DNA of 62,498 nucleotides, taken from positions 1 to 62,498 of IMG/VR virus record IMGVR_UViG_3300036846_000351. One strand, written 5' to 3'. The position numbers were made by a program, and so were the translations under genes. A model generated the notes under the pieces. The model was not told where the DNA came from. It ran no database searches and worked only from the letters and a program-made list of their open reading frames with translations. Shown here in pieces: positions 18,687-28,918 of the stretch. Every line of letters begins with the position of its first letter. The first letter of the stretch is position 1. This stretch comes from a virus (lineage: Duplodnaviria > Caudoviricetes).

Positions 18687-19811
18687 TCACCAATGCCAAG
18701 TCTGAACGCTCACAGCGTATTGCCGGGGAGACCCTAGGATCGGCGGTGCCGCCGCGAGATAGCTCTTGGCGTAAATCCGACCGGTGATCAACTGCGCGGC
18801 CCCACCGCCCGGTCCGCCGGTGCCGGGACCGCCGCCGCCACCAGTCCCGCTGCCACTGGGGATACCACCGTGGCTGGGGTCGATAGGAACCGGCGGCGTG
18901 CCGCCGGTCGTCCCGTCACCATTGACCCCCGGCGGCGCCGAGTAGCCCCCGAACACCGTGTTGCCTTTAACGCCGGCACAGACTTGTGCGGCTGAGGGGA
19001 TGTCGATGGGGATAACCTGACCGGGCGTGAAGAGATCGGTGTTGACCGCGCCGATTACCGAGCCGCCACCGCCGCCCCCGCCGCCTGTCGTCAGCCCGCC
19101 ATTCTTGCCGCAGCCACCGGCCCCGATGATGAGCACGGTATTGCTCGACATGCTCCAGTTGGCCGGGATGGTGTACGAGCTGCCGCTGTCCTTGGTCAGG
19201 GTGATGTAAACCGGACCGGTGCCGGGGTTATATTCGAGGAAGATAGCTCCCTCGCCACCAAGCGCCCCCAGACCGCCGCCGGCTAGCCCGCCGCCACCGC
19301 CGCCACCGCCGCCACCGTAGAGCCCACCGACACCACCATTGCCACCGTGACCGCTACCGCCCCAGCTACCACCCGAGCCGCCCGAGCCACTACCGGTAGC
19401 GCCGCTGAACTCAGTGCCGGTGTTACCGGTCGAGCTTGGCGTGGTCTGTCGTGCGGTGTAGTAGTCATCGCCCGCCCCGCCGTAACCCCCCGTCCCGTCA
19501 TACTGCCCGGTCTGACCATATTCGCCGGGACCATACAGCCCAGCCGCACCGCCACCTCCGGCGCCACCGGCGACAGTAGTCACCCCACCGGTAACGTTTA
19601 GACTCCCCCGGATAAACGATTTGGAAGAAGACCGAGCATTGGCAAACTGAGCGATGTCCAGACGACCACGAACCGACGACTTAGCTGTCATCCGCCCATC
19701 GACGCCGGTACCCGAGATAAGAGCCTCGCGAGCAAGGCCGGCGAGCTGCGCCTGCCCAACTGAGGCTATGAGCGCTTCGCGGGCAATATTGCCGAGGCGC
19801 CCGTCCGTCAT
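18687..19811 (-). CDS. Glycine-rich virion/fibre protein
   Basis: Gly-rich repeats within the structural operon. Confidence 0.65.
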   Translation of the reverse strand: MTDGRLGNIAREALIASVGQAQLAGLAREALISGTGVDGRMTAKSSVRGRLDIAQFANARSSSKSFIRGSLNVTGGVTTVAGGAGGGGAAGLYGPGEYGQTGQYDGTGGYGGAGDDYYTARQTTPSSTGNTGTEFSGATGSGSGGSGGSWGGSGHGGNGGVGGLYGGGGGGGGGGLAGGGLGALGGEGAIFLEYNPGTGPVYITLTKDSGSSYTIPANWSMSSNTVLIIGAGGCGKNGGLTTGGGGGGGGSVIGAVNTDLFTPGQVIPIDIPSAAQVCAGVKGNTVFGGYSAPPGVNGDGTTGGTPPVPIDPSHGGIPSGSGTGGGGGPGTGGPGGGAAQLITGRIYAKSYLAAAPPILGSPRQYAVSVQTWHW

Positions 19812-19814
19812 GGA

Positions 19815-21305
19815 TTACGCGTCGATCTTAAAGCCGGCCAGCGCAGCGTTGAGCGCCGCTCCGGTCCAGACAATCGAACCGTTAGGATCACGCTCGAAAT
19901 TCGAGCCAATCCACCCATAGCTGGTGGCCGGCACCTGTCCAGTCAAACTCCCGCCGCTATCAGTGCTGCCTGACTTAATGCGAAGGGACACAGTTCTCGC
20001 GCCGCTGTCGCTCCGAGCACAGTACGCCTTGACCGCAACCGCATAGACATTCAGCGGCACCACGCTGAGCGTGGGAAAATTATAAAGGTCTTCGTGGTTT
20101 ACGGTGCTATCGTAAACATAGGAGTTGACGCCGGCGGGCGGTTGCTGGTTGACCTCGTAGAAGTTGACCGGGGTGGTCAGGGTGATGTTGCCCCAGAGCA
20201 GGGCGGTGGTGGTGGCGGTGAGTGTCGGTGGGGAACTCGGCGCACCACTGGCAAACGTGCTCGCCCCGTTACGCCCCTGGTTCGCACTATCAGCAAGTTG
20301 AAGGCCATTCGTTAGATTAGCGTCGCACATATATCCGAGCCAATATTGGGTGCCGGCGCTTAACGACTGCGGGGTCGTTAGTGGCATGGTGGTTTGCGAT
20401 CCAGAAGTCAGCCCGGTCACGGTTGAGCCAGTGGTGAGCAACGAGCTTGGCGATCCCGCGCTGTCTGAATAGACAATCGGTCGCAGATTAATCGTGCCGC
20501 CTGATGCGCCTGCGACAACGGTCAACGAATTGAGCGTGCAAGCGCGACTCGGCGTGAATGGTCGCACATAAAAGTCGTTAGTACCCAAAGTCCGGTTAAT
20601 TCCGGTGCGGTTGACTGTGCCGCCCAGCACGGACGACCCGATCGCGAATTGCACCGCGCTATCCGACGTTGGCAACGTCGTCTCGATGCGCGGGCTGGTC
20701 AGGAGGACCGCGTTGTTTGTCGTACCGGTCGTGTCGAAGAGGTATAGGTCATCCCAAATAGTCGTCACCAACGTACCCATCGCCAGTTGAATGCCGTTCA
20801 TCGTATTGTTCGCAGTGGCTGTCGTGTCGCCCGTGCCGGAGATAATCGACACACCATCCAAGTAAACACTATAGTTTGCCGAGTTGCCTAAACTAATGTC
20901 CCACTCTAGATAATGCGTAGTATTGGCAGCAACCGGGGATGCGGCGGAACCAAGAATAGTTCCAGAACTGAAAGTCGAATTTCTGATGGAAATTGTTCCT
21001 GTTGAAGCAATTGAGATGCTGCATTGCGCCGTGCCGGCATCTAAGAATTGAATGCCAGATACTCCGCCTAAGCTGGAATTAAACCGCACGCCGCCAATGA
21101 TCCGACCATAACTAGCCGAAAGCGTCTTAGTGGCGCCTGAGCTGTTCGCGGCGCATTGCAGAGCCTGACCAGTCGCGCTCAGCGGCGCGCCGATATTAGC
21201 GGTGGTTATCGTCGTCCACTCGCCCGCCATCAGCGCGGCAACGCTTGTGCTGTTGCTGTTCGCCGGCCCGTACTTATCGAACCCATCCATAAAGAGCAGA
21301 GCCAT
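19815..21305 (-). CDS. Beta-rich virion/tail-associated protein
   Basis: MALLFMDGFD start, DDLYL motif, Thr/Ser-rich. Confidence 0.65.
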   Translation of the reverse strand: MALLFMDGFDKYGPANSNSTSVAALMAGEWTTITTANIGAPLSATGQALQCAANSSGATKTLSASYGRIIGGVRFNSSLGGVSGIQFLDAGTAQCSISIASTGTISIRNSTFSSGTILGSAASPVAANTTHYLEWDISLGNSANYSVYLDGVSIISGTGDTTATANNTMNGIQLAMGTLVTTIWDDLYLFDTTGTTNNAVLLTSPRIETTLPTSDSAVQFAIGSSVLGGTVNRTGINRTLGTNDFYVRPFTPSRACTLNSLTVVAGASGGTINLRPIVYSDSAGSPSSLLTTGSTVTGLTSGSQTTMPLTTPQSLSAGTQYWLGYMCDANLTNGLQLADSANQGRNGASTFASGAPSSPPTLTATTTALLWGNITLTTPVNFYEVNQQPPAGVNSYVYDSTVNHEDLYNFPTLSVVPLNVYAVAVKAYCARSDSGARTVSLRIKSGSTDSGGSLTGQVPATSYGWIGSNFERDPNGSIVWTGAALNAALAGFKIDA

Positions 21306-21310
21306 CGTAT

Positions 21311-21970
21311 TTAACTCGATGTGATAACAAACGACGCTGGCGGAAATGTTGCAGAGGCACCGTTGATAATTGCTTGAGGAGTTAACTTCCGCACCATCCC
21401 GCTGCCACTACTGGTCGTATTGACCGCCGTCCCGCCATTGGTGACAGTAAACGTGTCACTCGTCGGACCCACCACGGCCAGCACGCCGGTAAAATTACTC
21501 GCGCTAAAAGTCGGGTTCCTCCCGCCGTGCTCGATCGTCCACTCAATGCTGTCAGCGGCAGCGAACCCGTGTAGCGGTAATGTAATTACAGCAGGCGAAG
21601 CAGCGTTTACCGTCGCGGGGAACCACGCGTAGTTCCCAAAATAATCCCACGCCAGGAGGTTGCCGCTGGTCAGCGCGTCATAGAGACCAAACGCGGTAAC
21701 AATCCCCCAATCAGCGGTAGCCGTCGGGAAGACCAACGACGCCGCATTCTGGATGGTGCTGGGTGCGGACCCACTAGCAGACCCCCAGTCCGCCGCCACC
21801 GTCGATCTACGGGCGTAAGCGCCGCCACTGACTTCGGTAAATCCAGCCCCACCATCCGTCCCGCCCGCCGTAAACAAGGCGATGTAGGTAGCCGGTAGAC
21901 TGAATATCGCCGCCTTGCCGGTGATGTGGTTGAGTATCCCCTGAGATGTTCTATCAGTGAACCCGGTCAT
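21311..21970 (-). CDS. Virion/fibre-associated protein
   Basis: EVSGGAYAR, FPTATADWG, YDALTSGNLL motifs common in phage structural proteins. Confidence 0.7.
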   Translation of the reverse strand: MTGFTDRTSQGILNHITGKAAIFSLPATYIALFTAGGTDGGAGFTEVSGGAYARRSTVAADWGSASGSAPSTIQNAASLVFPTATADWGIVTAFGLYDALTSGNLLAWDYFGNYAWFPATVNAASPAVITLPLHGFAAADSIEWTIEHGGRNPTFSASNFTGVLAVVGPTSDTFTVTNGGTAVNTTSSGSGMVRKLTPQAIINGASATFPPASFVITSS

Positions 21971-22446
21971 GTCTCAAACCCCACCAGATTAGCGGCGAAA
22001 TCGCCAAAGGTGGCGTCCACCGTTGCGGGGGCGAAGATGCCCATCGTATCGCCCTCCGCGAAATTGAGCGGAACCCCCGATGTTGATAGCGTACCCAGCA
22101 AGGCACCGGCGGGTATCAGACCGCTAGCGACGGCGGTGAAACTGCCCGGCGCGGCGGCGGTCGCCTGCATGATGCTGATCGTCACATTAGCAGTCGCGGC
22201 AAACCCGCCCCTGATCTCACTGACATGGCCGAGGTAAGAGCCAAAATCGATCGGGAAGGTTACGTTCTTGGAGAACCGGTGCATTAATAAACTTTGGTTC
22301 GCCTTGAGCTTATCGGGCACAAAGCAAGCGACGATGTAGCGCGGGTGCGCGCTCGACACGTCCCACTTAACACCGTCCCAAACCCAGCTCGACCGGTGGG
22401 CGCTGAATATCTGGCCGACGACCGGCGCGTCAGGAAAGTCGATCAT
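21967..22446 (-). CDS. Virion protein with a fibre-type N-terminal module
   Basis: MIDFPDAPVVGQIF...WVWDGVKW. Confidence 0.6.
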   Translation of the reverse strand: MIDFPDAPVVGQIFSAHRSSWVWDGVKWDVSSAHPRYIVACFVPDKLKANQSLLMHRFSKNVTFPIDFGSYLGHVSEIRGGFAATANVTISIMQATAAAPGSFTAVASGLIPAGALLGTLSTSGVPLNFAEGDTMGIFAPATVDATFGDFAANLVGFET

Positions 22447-22447
22447 C

Positions 22448-22705
22448 TCACGCCGCCATCACTGTCCAATTGGTGCCGTTGTGAAACGCCAGCACGCGGT
22501 TTGTCCCACCGCCGGCGATCGTCGCGCCCCAGGTCGCAGTGCTGCTGTCGGTGATCACCGCCATCATGCCGAGCGCAGCCGCCGGCAGCCCGGCAAAAGC
22601 CACACCGGTGAGCCTGACGGTGACGCCAGCCACCGTCAGCGGGCCGTCACTTAGGACCGTCGCACCGGTCGCAACGGGTATCCTATTAGGGGTCAGGTCA
22701 GCCAT
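22448..22705 (-). CDS. Small virion protein
   Basis: Ends LAFHNGTNWTV, a fibre-tip-like motif. Confidence 0.6.
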   Translation of the reverse strand: MADLTPNRIPVATGATVLSDGPLTVAGVTVRLTGVAFAGLPAAALGMMAVITDSSTATWGATIAGGGTNRVLAFHNGTNWTVMAA

Positions 22706-22711
22706 CGCCCC

Positions 22712-23188
22712 TCACGTCACGATATGACCAGAGGTCGTCGTTATGATCGCCCCATCGCCAGTTATCCGAAACGCAGCCACACCAGGAGGCCCAGCGGGTC
22801 CAACAGGCCCAGCCGGGCCAGCAGGCCCGACAGGTCCAACAGCGCCATCAGCGCCAGTAGCGCCGACAGGCCCGACCGGACCCACCGGCCCAGGCGGACC
22901 CTCTGGACCTGGTGGACCCGGTGTAGCAGCGCCACTTGGGCTCGACACCGCGCCTGGTTCAAGCAGCCCAAAACTAATCAGATCGCGAAACGTCACCGCC
23001 CGGTTCGCCGCGTCACCGCGTTGCCCGATGATGCTCTCAAGCGACGCCTTAATCGCCTCGACGCAAGCCCGCAAATTATTAACGTCGGTCGTCGGCGCGG
23101 GGATCGGCGGCGTGAACGGGTTGAGGATCGGACGCGTCGAGATACGACGTGGGATCGTCGTACCAAGCGGTGGGTTAGGACTAGCCAT
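22712..23188 (-). CDS. Collagen-repeat virion protein
   Basis: About 16 G-X-Y triplets. Confidence 0.7.
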   Translation of the reverse strand: MASPNPPLGTTIPRRISTRPILNPFTPPIPAPTTDVNNLRACVEAIKASLESIIGQRGDAANRAVTFRDLISFGLLEPGAVSSPSGAATPGPPGPEGPPGPVGPVGPVGATGADGAVGPVGPAGPAGPVGPAGPPGVAAFRITGDGAIITTTSGHIVT

Positions 23189-24936
23189 CAGACAGTCTTC
23201 AATTCTTCCAGCGTCGTCGCCAACTGGATCGACGACACCGGCACACGCGCCACAATTTCGGCCTGGTGGTCAAACGCCTTGAAACCTTTTGGCAGACGAA
23301 AAATCTCCATCTGCTTCGTCAGGTTCCGCGTCATAATCAACACCAACTTTGGCCCGGCGTAATAGCGGAACTGCGCGTTGATCCCCGCCGGGAGCTGCAT
23401 CGACGGGTCGCCGTTGTCGAGCGGAGGCGCGCCGATGGGCGGCGGGTCAAGCACCTGCGGGTCCAGCTCGACCTGAGCTGCACCAAGGCTCAGCGGCAGC
23501 GGCGTGAAGAACCGCTTTGAGCGCCAGCGGTAATTAAGCGGCGGCATGCCGGGGCAGTCCCACTCATAAATCTTACCGCCGGCACAAACCAGCGTGTCGC
23601 TGGTATATTCGTCGTTCCAGATGCACACGACCCCATTGAGCGCGCTCAACTTCTCGACGCCTAACCGCACCTCGGAGTAGTCGACGATAAACCCGACATT
23701 GGTGCCATTGACCGCCATGTACTGCGAACGGTGCCGCGCCGAGACTAAGCTACCCGCGTGGTAGTCCTCGACCCAGTTGAGCTTCGACATGATCTGTTCA
23801 GTGATGTTCTGCATCGCGTAGCCGGTGAACATGATCAAGCCGTTCTGCGAGGCGTAGTAGACCCCCGTCGTATCCACCACGACCGACCCGCGCGCGATGC
23901 ACGGCTCTGCTACCTGGGTTTGCGTGAAGAGGATGTTGCTGGGCATATTGCCCGAACCGGCTGACGGAAACCCTTGTGTCAGCACCATCAGGTACTGTTG
24001 CCAGACCGCGAGCGCCACGATCGGGTAATGTGCGCTTTGATCATAAACCTGCGGCCAGGTGTGTGGCCGGTCAGGCTCACTAAAATGCACGGTGTTCGCG
24101 GTGAAGCCACAGAGAAACCCACCGGGCATCGCCACCAGCCCGTCGAGCCCGACAGGCGGATTATCCCAATTGGTCGACTCCAGTATCTCGTTGTTGACGA
24201 CCGTATCATCGTGCAGGGTATCAACATAAGTGCCGCTCCCCGTAGGTAGAGCGACTTCGGTGACCATGTAAAACTGCGCCCCCGAGGTGGCGCTGGTAAT
24301 CGTGCGGTAGATGCGATACTTGGTAATCGCCGGATAGTTGCGGCCTGACGGGTTCACCGGCACAGCGGTCGGGAACCCCGAGACCGTCCATGTCGCGTCG
24401 GGCGGACCTGATCCCGTAGGGCTCGCCGACGAGGGCGCGCTCTCTTCGCCAAACGAATTGATGTAGGTGTAGAGGTAGCTGCGGTCGATCGGTTGCACAG
24501 CAGGCGGCGGTGTGCCGCCTGTCACACTATCGATGTTTGGCGCCGTCGTTGGCTGCACAGTCCCCAGATTATAGGCCGGCTGACCCGCCTTGATGTTCGC
24601 CCGTGTGTTGAACCATGGCGCGGGGTCGCCGGGGTTTGTCCAGTACACCCGCTGCTGCGTGTCGTTCGCCAGCGGCGAGCGCACCACGCAGCTATAGCGG
24701 GACGGCAGCGGCAGCCACACCTCCGGCCCAGTACTGTCAGCCGGGAAGCGATATGCCCTTTCCACTACTGGTAGTATCGCGGAGAGATCAATCTGAAACT
24801 CGGCCTGCGGCAGCCCTTCGAGCTTACCGCCGGTCAAGTCAACATTCACCGACTCGACCGCCATATTGTCACCAATAAGGCGGTCGTCGGTGCGGGGGAT
24901 CATACCCCCGTTTTGTTTGATCTCCCACGCGACCAT
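23188..24936 (-). CDS. Tail nozzle/stabilisation protein (tail tubular B-like)
   Basis: 582 aa, beta-propeller-like, GCI-type PCIARGS and YYAS.NGL motifs; position in operon. Confidence 0.7.
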   Translation of the reverse strand: MVAWEIKQNGGMIPRTDDRLIGDNMAVESVNVDLTGGKLEGLPQAEFQIDLSAILPVVERAYRFPADSTGPEVWLPLPSRYSCVVRSPLANDTQQRVYWTNPGDPAPWFNTRANIKAGQPAYNLGTVQPTTAPNIDSVTGGTPPPAVQPIDRSYLYTYINSFGEESAPSSASPTGSGPPDATWTVSGFPTAVPVNPSGRNYPAITKYRIYRTITSATSGAQFYMVTEVALPTGSGTYVDTLHDDTVVNNEILESTNWDNPPVGLDGLVAMPGGFLCGFTANTVHFSEPDRPHTWPQVYDQSAHYPIVALAVWQQYLMVLTQGFPSAGSGNMPSNILFTQTQVAEPCIARGSVVVDTTGVYYASQNGLIMFTGYAMQNITEQIMSKLNWVEDYHAGSLVSARHRSQYMAVNGTNVGFIVDYSEVRLGVEKLSALNGVVCIWNDEYTSDTLVCAGGKIYEWDCPGMPPLNYRWRSKRFFTPLPLSLGAAQVELDPQVLDPPPIGAPPLDNGDPSMQLPAGINAQFRYYAGPKLVLIMTRNLTKQMEIFRLPKGFKAFDHQAEIVARVPVSSIQLATTLEELKTV

Positions 24937-25451
24937 TATCGCTTTGGCGTGTGAGCGCCACCACTACCGGTAGCGGACAAGGACGAAGCATGCGTCCGCG
25001 TCTCCTCGTGCTCCTGCGCGCGAGAGTGACGCGGATGCGGCACGGCCTGCTCGTAGAGCTGGTGCTGGTGCGCCTGCGCCGACTGATGCGGGTGGGCCTC
25101 GCCCGGCTCTGGCGGAACCTTGAGGGGTTCCCCTGGCTGCTCACGCTGATTACGGTAGAGGTTCTCGTTCCACGGTTCACGCGCCGGAGGAACCCCCGCC
25201 AGGTCAGGATCGTAATCTTTGATCGAATAGAACATAGACCCAACAACGACTTCATCCTTATCGGGTGAAATCGCCTGCCCACCGTGAACCGGAGACCGCC
25301 ACGGGTCCGGTCTATTGCCTTCGGCGAACCACTTCATATAGTCGTCCCACTCCTTGCTGTTCGCCTCGCAAGGGATGAATTTGCCGCCGCGAAGCACACC
25401 CGAATAGGCGCGCTCGTCAAAACCATCGTGTGCAAGCTGATACTCTGCCAT
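24936..25451 (-). CDS. Hypothetical protein (possible fibre-assembly protein)
   Basis: FIP.EAN..W.DY.KW.AEGN.P motif; GAGGA RBS. Confidence 0.6.
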   Translation of the reverse strand: MAEYQLAHDGFDERAYSGVLRGGKFIPCEANSKEWDDYMKWFAEGNRPDPWRSPVHGGQAISPDKDEVVVGSMFYSIKDYDPDLAGVPPAREPWNENLYRNQREQPGEPLKVPPEPGEAHPHQSAQAHQHQLYEQAVPHPRHSRAQEHEETRTHASSLSATGSGGAHTPKR

Positions 25452-25467
25452 GTTGTCCTCCTTTCCG

Positions 25468-25728
25468 TTAGCGAACACTGCCCGCGCCAGTGGTGTTGCG
25501 GTTGGGCAGCCCCGGCCCAGCGCCGTTGACGCTGGCGCCGCTCTTAGGCGCGAGTGCCTTCTTCATCGAGACCGGACCACCGGTGCTCTCCGGGCCAGGG
25601 ATCGGCTTCTGCGAAAAGCTCTTGCCCGGCCCACCAGGGCTGTTGTTAACCGTGTTGCCGCCCCCGCTGCCGGTGGTGCCGCTAGGCCCCTTACCCTTAT
25701 AGTAGGGGCCGCCGATCGTGCCGTGCAT
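25468..25728 (-). CDS. Small Gly/Pro/Lys-rich protein
   Basis: AGGAGG RBS before ATG (MHGTIGGPYY). Confidence 0.6.
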   Translation of the reverse strand: MHGTIGGPYYKGKGPSGTTGSGGGNTVNNSPGGPGKSFSQKPIPGPESTGGPVSMKKALAPKSGASVNGAGPGLPNRNTTGAGSVR

Positions 25729-25741
25729 AACAATCCTCCTC

Positions 25742-25915
25742 TTAGCTAACCGGTTGCAGTCGGGGCCGTTCAGTTTCCTGATCCTGTTGCTGTTGCGCAC
25801 GAGCCTGATCGATGATCTTCTTGATGAGGGGGCTGGCCCGCTTAAACGACCCATCGCCCAAGAGATCGAGCACCTGATCCCATTCTTCACCCGCTAGCGT
25901 AACCGAGATATCCAT
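25742..25915 (-). CDS. Small protein (57 aa, not in the ORF track)
   Basis: AGGAG RBS; MDISVTLAGEEWDQVLDLLGDGSFKRASPLIKKIIDQARAQ... Confidence 0.65.
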   Translation of the reverse strand: MDISVTLAGEEWDQVLDLLGDGSFKRASPLIKKIIDQARAQQQQDQETERPRLQPVS

Positions 25916-25923
25916 GTGATCTC

Positions 25924-28134
25924 CTATCGCATCCGCCGGGCTATGAGCTTACCCCAGCCGGTAACCGTGCCGCCGCCGATCGTGCAGGTCATTCCAAACC
26001 GCACGGCTGTGGTCGCGGCCAGCGGTATCCGGATCGGGGAAACCGGCTGGATCACCAGAGGTATGTTATTCGCCACCGGCATCAGCATGTTGCCGCCGAT
26101 CTGGTCGATCGATGGGGCGGCTGTCCCGCCCGTCGGGTTGATCCAGGCTTTGAAGGTTATCCCGTTCCCGTTGGTCATACTCAGGCCGGCGCTGGCAAAG
26201 ACAAGCCAGTCACCGGGGCCAAGCGACAGGGTTATAATCGAGGCATCGACATTATTGGTCAGCGCGATCCCGGAGGTGCTGAGCACCTGAGCCGTGAGAT
26301 ACTCACCAACCTGACCGGCGGGCGCGTCGTCGTTGGTTGTCGTGCCGGTGCGGACAAACGCCGTCGTCGCGAGTTGTAGCGAAGCGTCGGTCGGCACCGG
26401 CGCCGGCGCGGTGGGCTTCCCGGTAAAGACCGGCGACGCCAAGGGTGCGTAGTTCATATTGGACGCACCGGTCACCAGCCCCTTAGCATTGACGATCAGC
26501 CCCTGAAACGTGCCGGGATTGGAGTTCACTACCGGTAGCGTCGTCGCGATCGTCGGCGTGCCTGAGCCGGTGATGTCCCCGGTCAGGGTGATCACCGGCG
26601 GAGTGTGCCCCTCGACGATAGTCAGCCGGTCGTCGAGATCGTCGCTCGTCGTCGACAACTCCTTGACCGCATTGGTCAGCACATAGACCAGATGGGTCGG
26701 CGCGATCGTCGCCAGTGGTACGTTCGACGGCAACCCCTGCGCGATGTCAAGAAACTCCACCTCGGAGACCATCTCCGGCAGCACAGGATCGACGTTCGAC
26801 GCTAGCAGACCGTAATGCACCGTCGGCGTGGTCGTCCCCAACGGGTCGGCAAACGGGCTCCACTTAGCCTCACGCTTGCTGCCAGGCACGTAATAGTTAA
26901 ACGACACCGGGTTCAGTTGGAGTATCTCAGCGAGACCCTTTGAGTACGGTGTGACGTTTTCCTTCACCGTATCGTCTGAAATGACAATCCACGACCCGCT
27001 CTGGTTAGCAGTGCCGCCCGCGTTGAAGACAGCAAACGTGGCAAAAGTGGGTAAGCTCCAAAAGTTATGAACGTCGGATTTATAGTAAGCCGTCCTGTTG
27101 GCACAAAGATCAATACGCGACGCACCACTAGCAACGGCATCGGGGCCAAAGATTACCGCCGCCTCGGTGGCAAGACCGGTATCATATCCAAAATCAACAA
27201 AAGCATAATCAGTACCAGCGTCGCGGAGAAAAACCTGACCCGTAACGACACGGCCTAAAACCCCATCACCAGTTACATTTAAGCTAGCCCCGGATACATC
27301 ACCCGACGAGCTAAGCGTACTCCCGCTAATCGTCGTGCCGGTGATCGCACCGCTCACACCCAGCGACGCACCGGTGATCGCGCCGCTTACACCCAGCGAT
27401 GCGCCGGTGATCGCGCCGCTTACACCCAGCGACGCACCGGTGATCGCGGCGCCGGTGATCGCCCCGGCGTTGAGTGTACCGAGCGTCGTCGTGCCGGTAA
27501 CATTCAGCGTACTGTCGAGAGTAACCGCGCCAGTGGCGTGTAACGCACCCACCGTCAGGCTGCCCAACGACGCAGCACCAGATACGCCCAACGTCGCACC
27601 GTTAATCGCACCGGTTACATCCAACGACGCGCCGGTGATCGCACCGGCGTTAAGCGCGCCAAGCGTCGTCGTGCCGGCGACATTCAACGTGCTGTCAAGC
27701 GTCGTGGCACCAGTAGCGTGCAGCGTGCTCACCGTCGTCGCGCCGGCAGTCAAAGTTCCCAGCGTCGAGGCACCGGTTACGGTGAGCGTATTAAGGTGAG
27801 TGGCGCCGCTCACGGTAAGGTCGTGAACATTCAAAACGCCGCTGCCACCGGTAAAGTCTACGTTGTCAGTATTGAAATGAAATTTCGCGCCGGCGATATC
27901 GATGACCCCGAGAGTGATCCACTCAGCCGGAACGTAGACCCCCGCCGTGGCGCGCGCAGCGATGCACTGACGCAACGACGAGCTGGTCGTGTCCACCCAA
28001 TAACGATACCTGCCAGCACCTCCTGCTGTGCCCGAGGGCGGCACCGGCCCTGGGCTGAACTCCAGATCGAGGTCGAGATTAACCCCGATCCGGCGATCGT
28101 GCTTGGTATAGGGGTAGGTCAGTCCAGAGGTCAT
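25924..28134 (-). CDS. Tail fibre with an internal S74-type intramolecular chaperone
   Basis: GAITGASLGVS repeats; SDDTVKEN...LNPVSFNY...GLLAS.V..VLPEMV...LTNAVKEL. Confidence 0.8.
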   Translation of the reverse strand: MTSGLTYPYTKHDRRIGVNLDLDLEFSPGPVPPSGTAGGAGRYRYWVDTTSSSLRQCIAARATAGVYVPAEWITLGVIDIAGAKFHFNTDNVDFTGGSGVLNVHDLTVSGATHLNTLTVTGASTLGTLTAGATTVSTLHATGATTLDSTLNVAGTTTLGALNAGAITGASLDVTGAINGATLGVSGAASLGSLTVGALHATGAVTLDSTLNVTGTTTLGTLNAGAITGAAITGASLGVSGAITGASLGVSGAITGASLGVSGAITGTTISGSTLSSSGDVSGASLNVTGDGVLGRVVTGQVFLRDAGTDYAFVDFGYDTGLATEAAVIFGPDAVASGASRIDLCANRTAYYKSDVHNFWSLPTFATFAVFNAGGTANQSGSWIVISDDTVKENVTPYSKGLAEILQLNPVSFNYYVPGSKREAKWSPFADPLGTTTPTVHYGLLASNVDPVLPEMVSEVEFLDIAQGLPSNVPLATIAPTHLVYVLTNAVKELSTTSDDLDDRLTIVEGHTPPVITLTGDITGSGTPTIATTLPVVNSNPGTFQGLIVNAKGLVTGASNMNYAPLASPVFTGKPTAPAPVPTDASLQLATTAFVRTGTTTNDDAPAGQVGEYLTAQVLSTSGIALTNNVDASIITLSLGPGDWLVFASAGLSMTNGNGITFKAWINPTGGTAAPSIDQIGGNMLMPVANNIPLVIQPVSPIRIPLAATTAVRFGMTCTIGGGTVTGWGKLIARRMR
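27335..27730. repeat. Intragenic 33-bp tandem repeats and longer duplications in the fibre shaft
   Basis: ccggtgatcgcgccgcttacacccagcgacgca about 3 times; LHATGA.TLDSTLNV.GTTTLG.LNAGAITG twice. Confidence 0.85.
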
Positions 28135-28138
28135 GCGC

Positions 28139-28918
28139 TCACCCCAATATCGGGAACAGCTTCGTACCCACCGCCCAATAAATGCCGGTCCACTCAAACG
28201 TTAGATCGTCGCCGTTGATGTTGGAGACAAACTCGGTGCCGATATCGCCAAAATTCTCCGAGCCGAAGGCGCCGATAAAGGTCACCGGGTAGGTACTCGC
28301 GGTCAGCCCATAATCGAGGACCATCACCACATCGCCCAGTGCCGGCGATGGCGGCAAGGTCACGGTAATCGGCGCCGACTGCTGGTTATCGATATAGACC
28401 CGACCCTGAAACCCAAGCGGGAGCGCCGTCGTCATCGTGATGAACAGCGGATAGACGTACACCGGAAAGGTCGGCGCAAGCGCAAGCATGCCCGGATTGA
28501 GCGGCTGATCAATCTTCAGAAGGACATCAACCTCGCGCTTACGTAGCGACACCCCAGCGGTCGCTACGAAACTAACCACATAAGTCAGCCCCGGCGTACC
28601 CGACGCCATGTCAAGCGCCACCGCCTTACCAGCTTGAACGATGTTGTTCCGCCAGAATGACAGCGGGTAGAGGTCCTCCGGTATGACGATCGAACTCGTC
28701 TGATCAAGTGGGTAATTCGCCTGCCAAGGGGGCACCGTCTGCGGTGGATCGGCGGCGATCAGCAAATGCTCCAGTAAAGTGATGGACTCACTAGGGTCAA
28801 GCCAACAGCTAAAATCAATAAGCAGCCTGGATATATCCATATTATCCTTATCGACAGGCCCAAACGGCACGCCTTTATCATCGTCAGTATTAACCGCGAA
28901 GTAGTATTCGTTTGCCAT
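28139..28918 (-). CDS. Virion structural protein
   Basis: ITVTLPPSPALGDVVMVLD module typical of fibre proteins. Confidence 0.65.
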   Translation of the reverse strand: MANEYYFAVNTDDDKGVPFGPVDKDNMDISRLLIDFSCWLDPSESITLLEHLLIAADPPQTVPPWQANYPLDQTSSIVIPEDLYPLSFWRNNIVQAGKAVALDMASGTPGLTYVVSFVATAGVSLRKREVDVLLKIDQPLNPGMLALAPTFPVYVYPLFITMTTALPLGFQGRVYIDNQQSAPITVTLPPSPALGDVVMVLDYGLTASTYPVTFIGAFGSENFGDIGTEFVSNINGDDLTFEWTGIYWAVGTKLFPILG

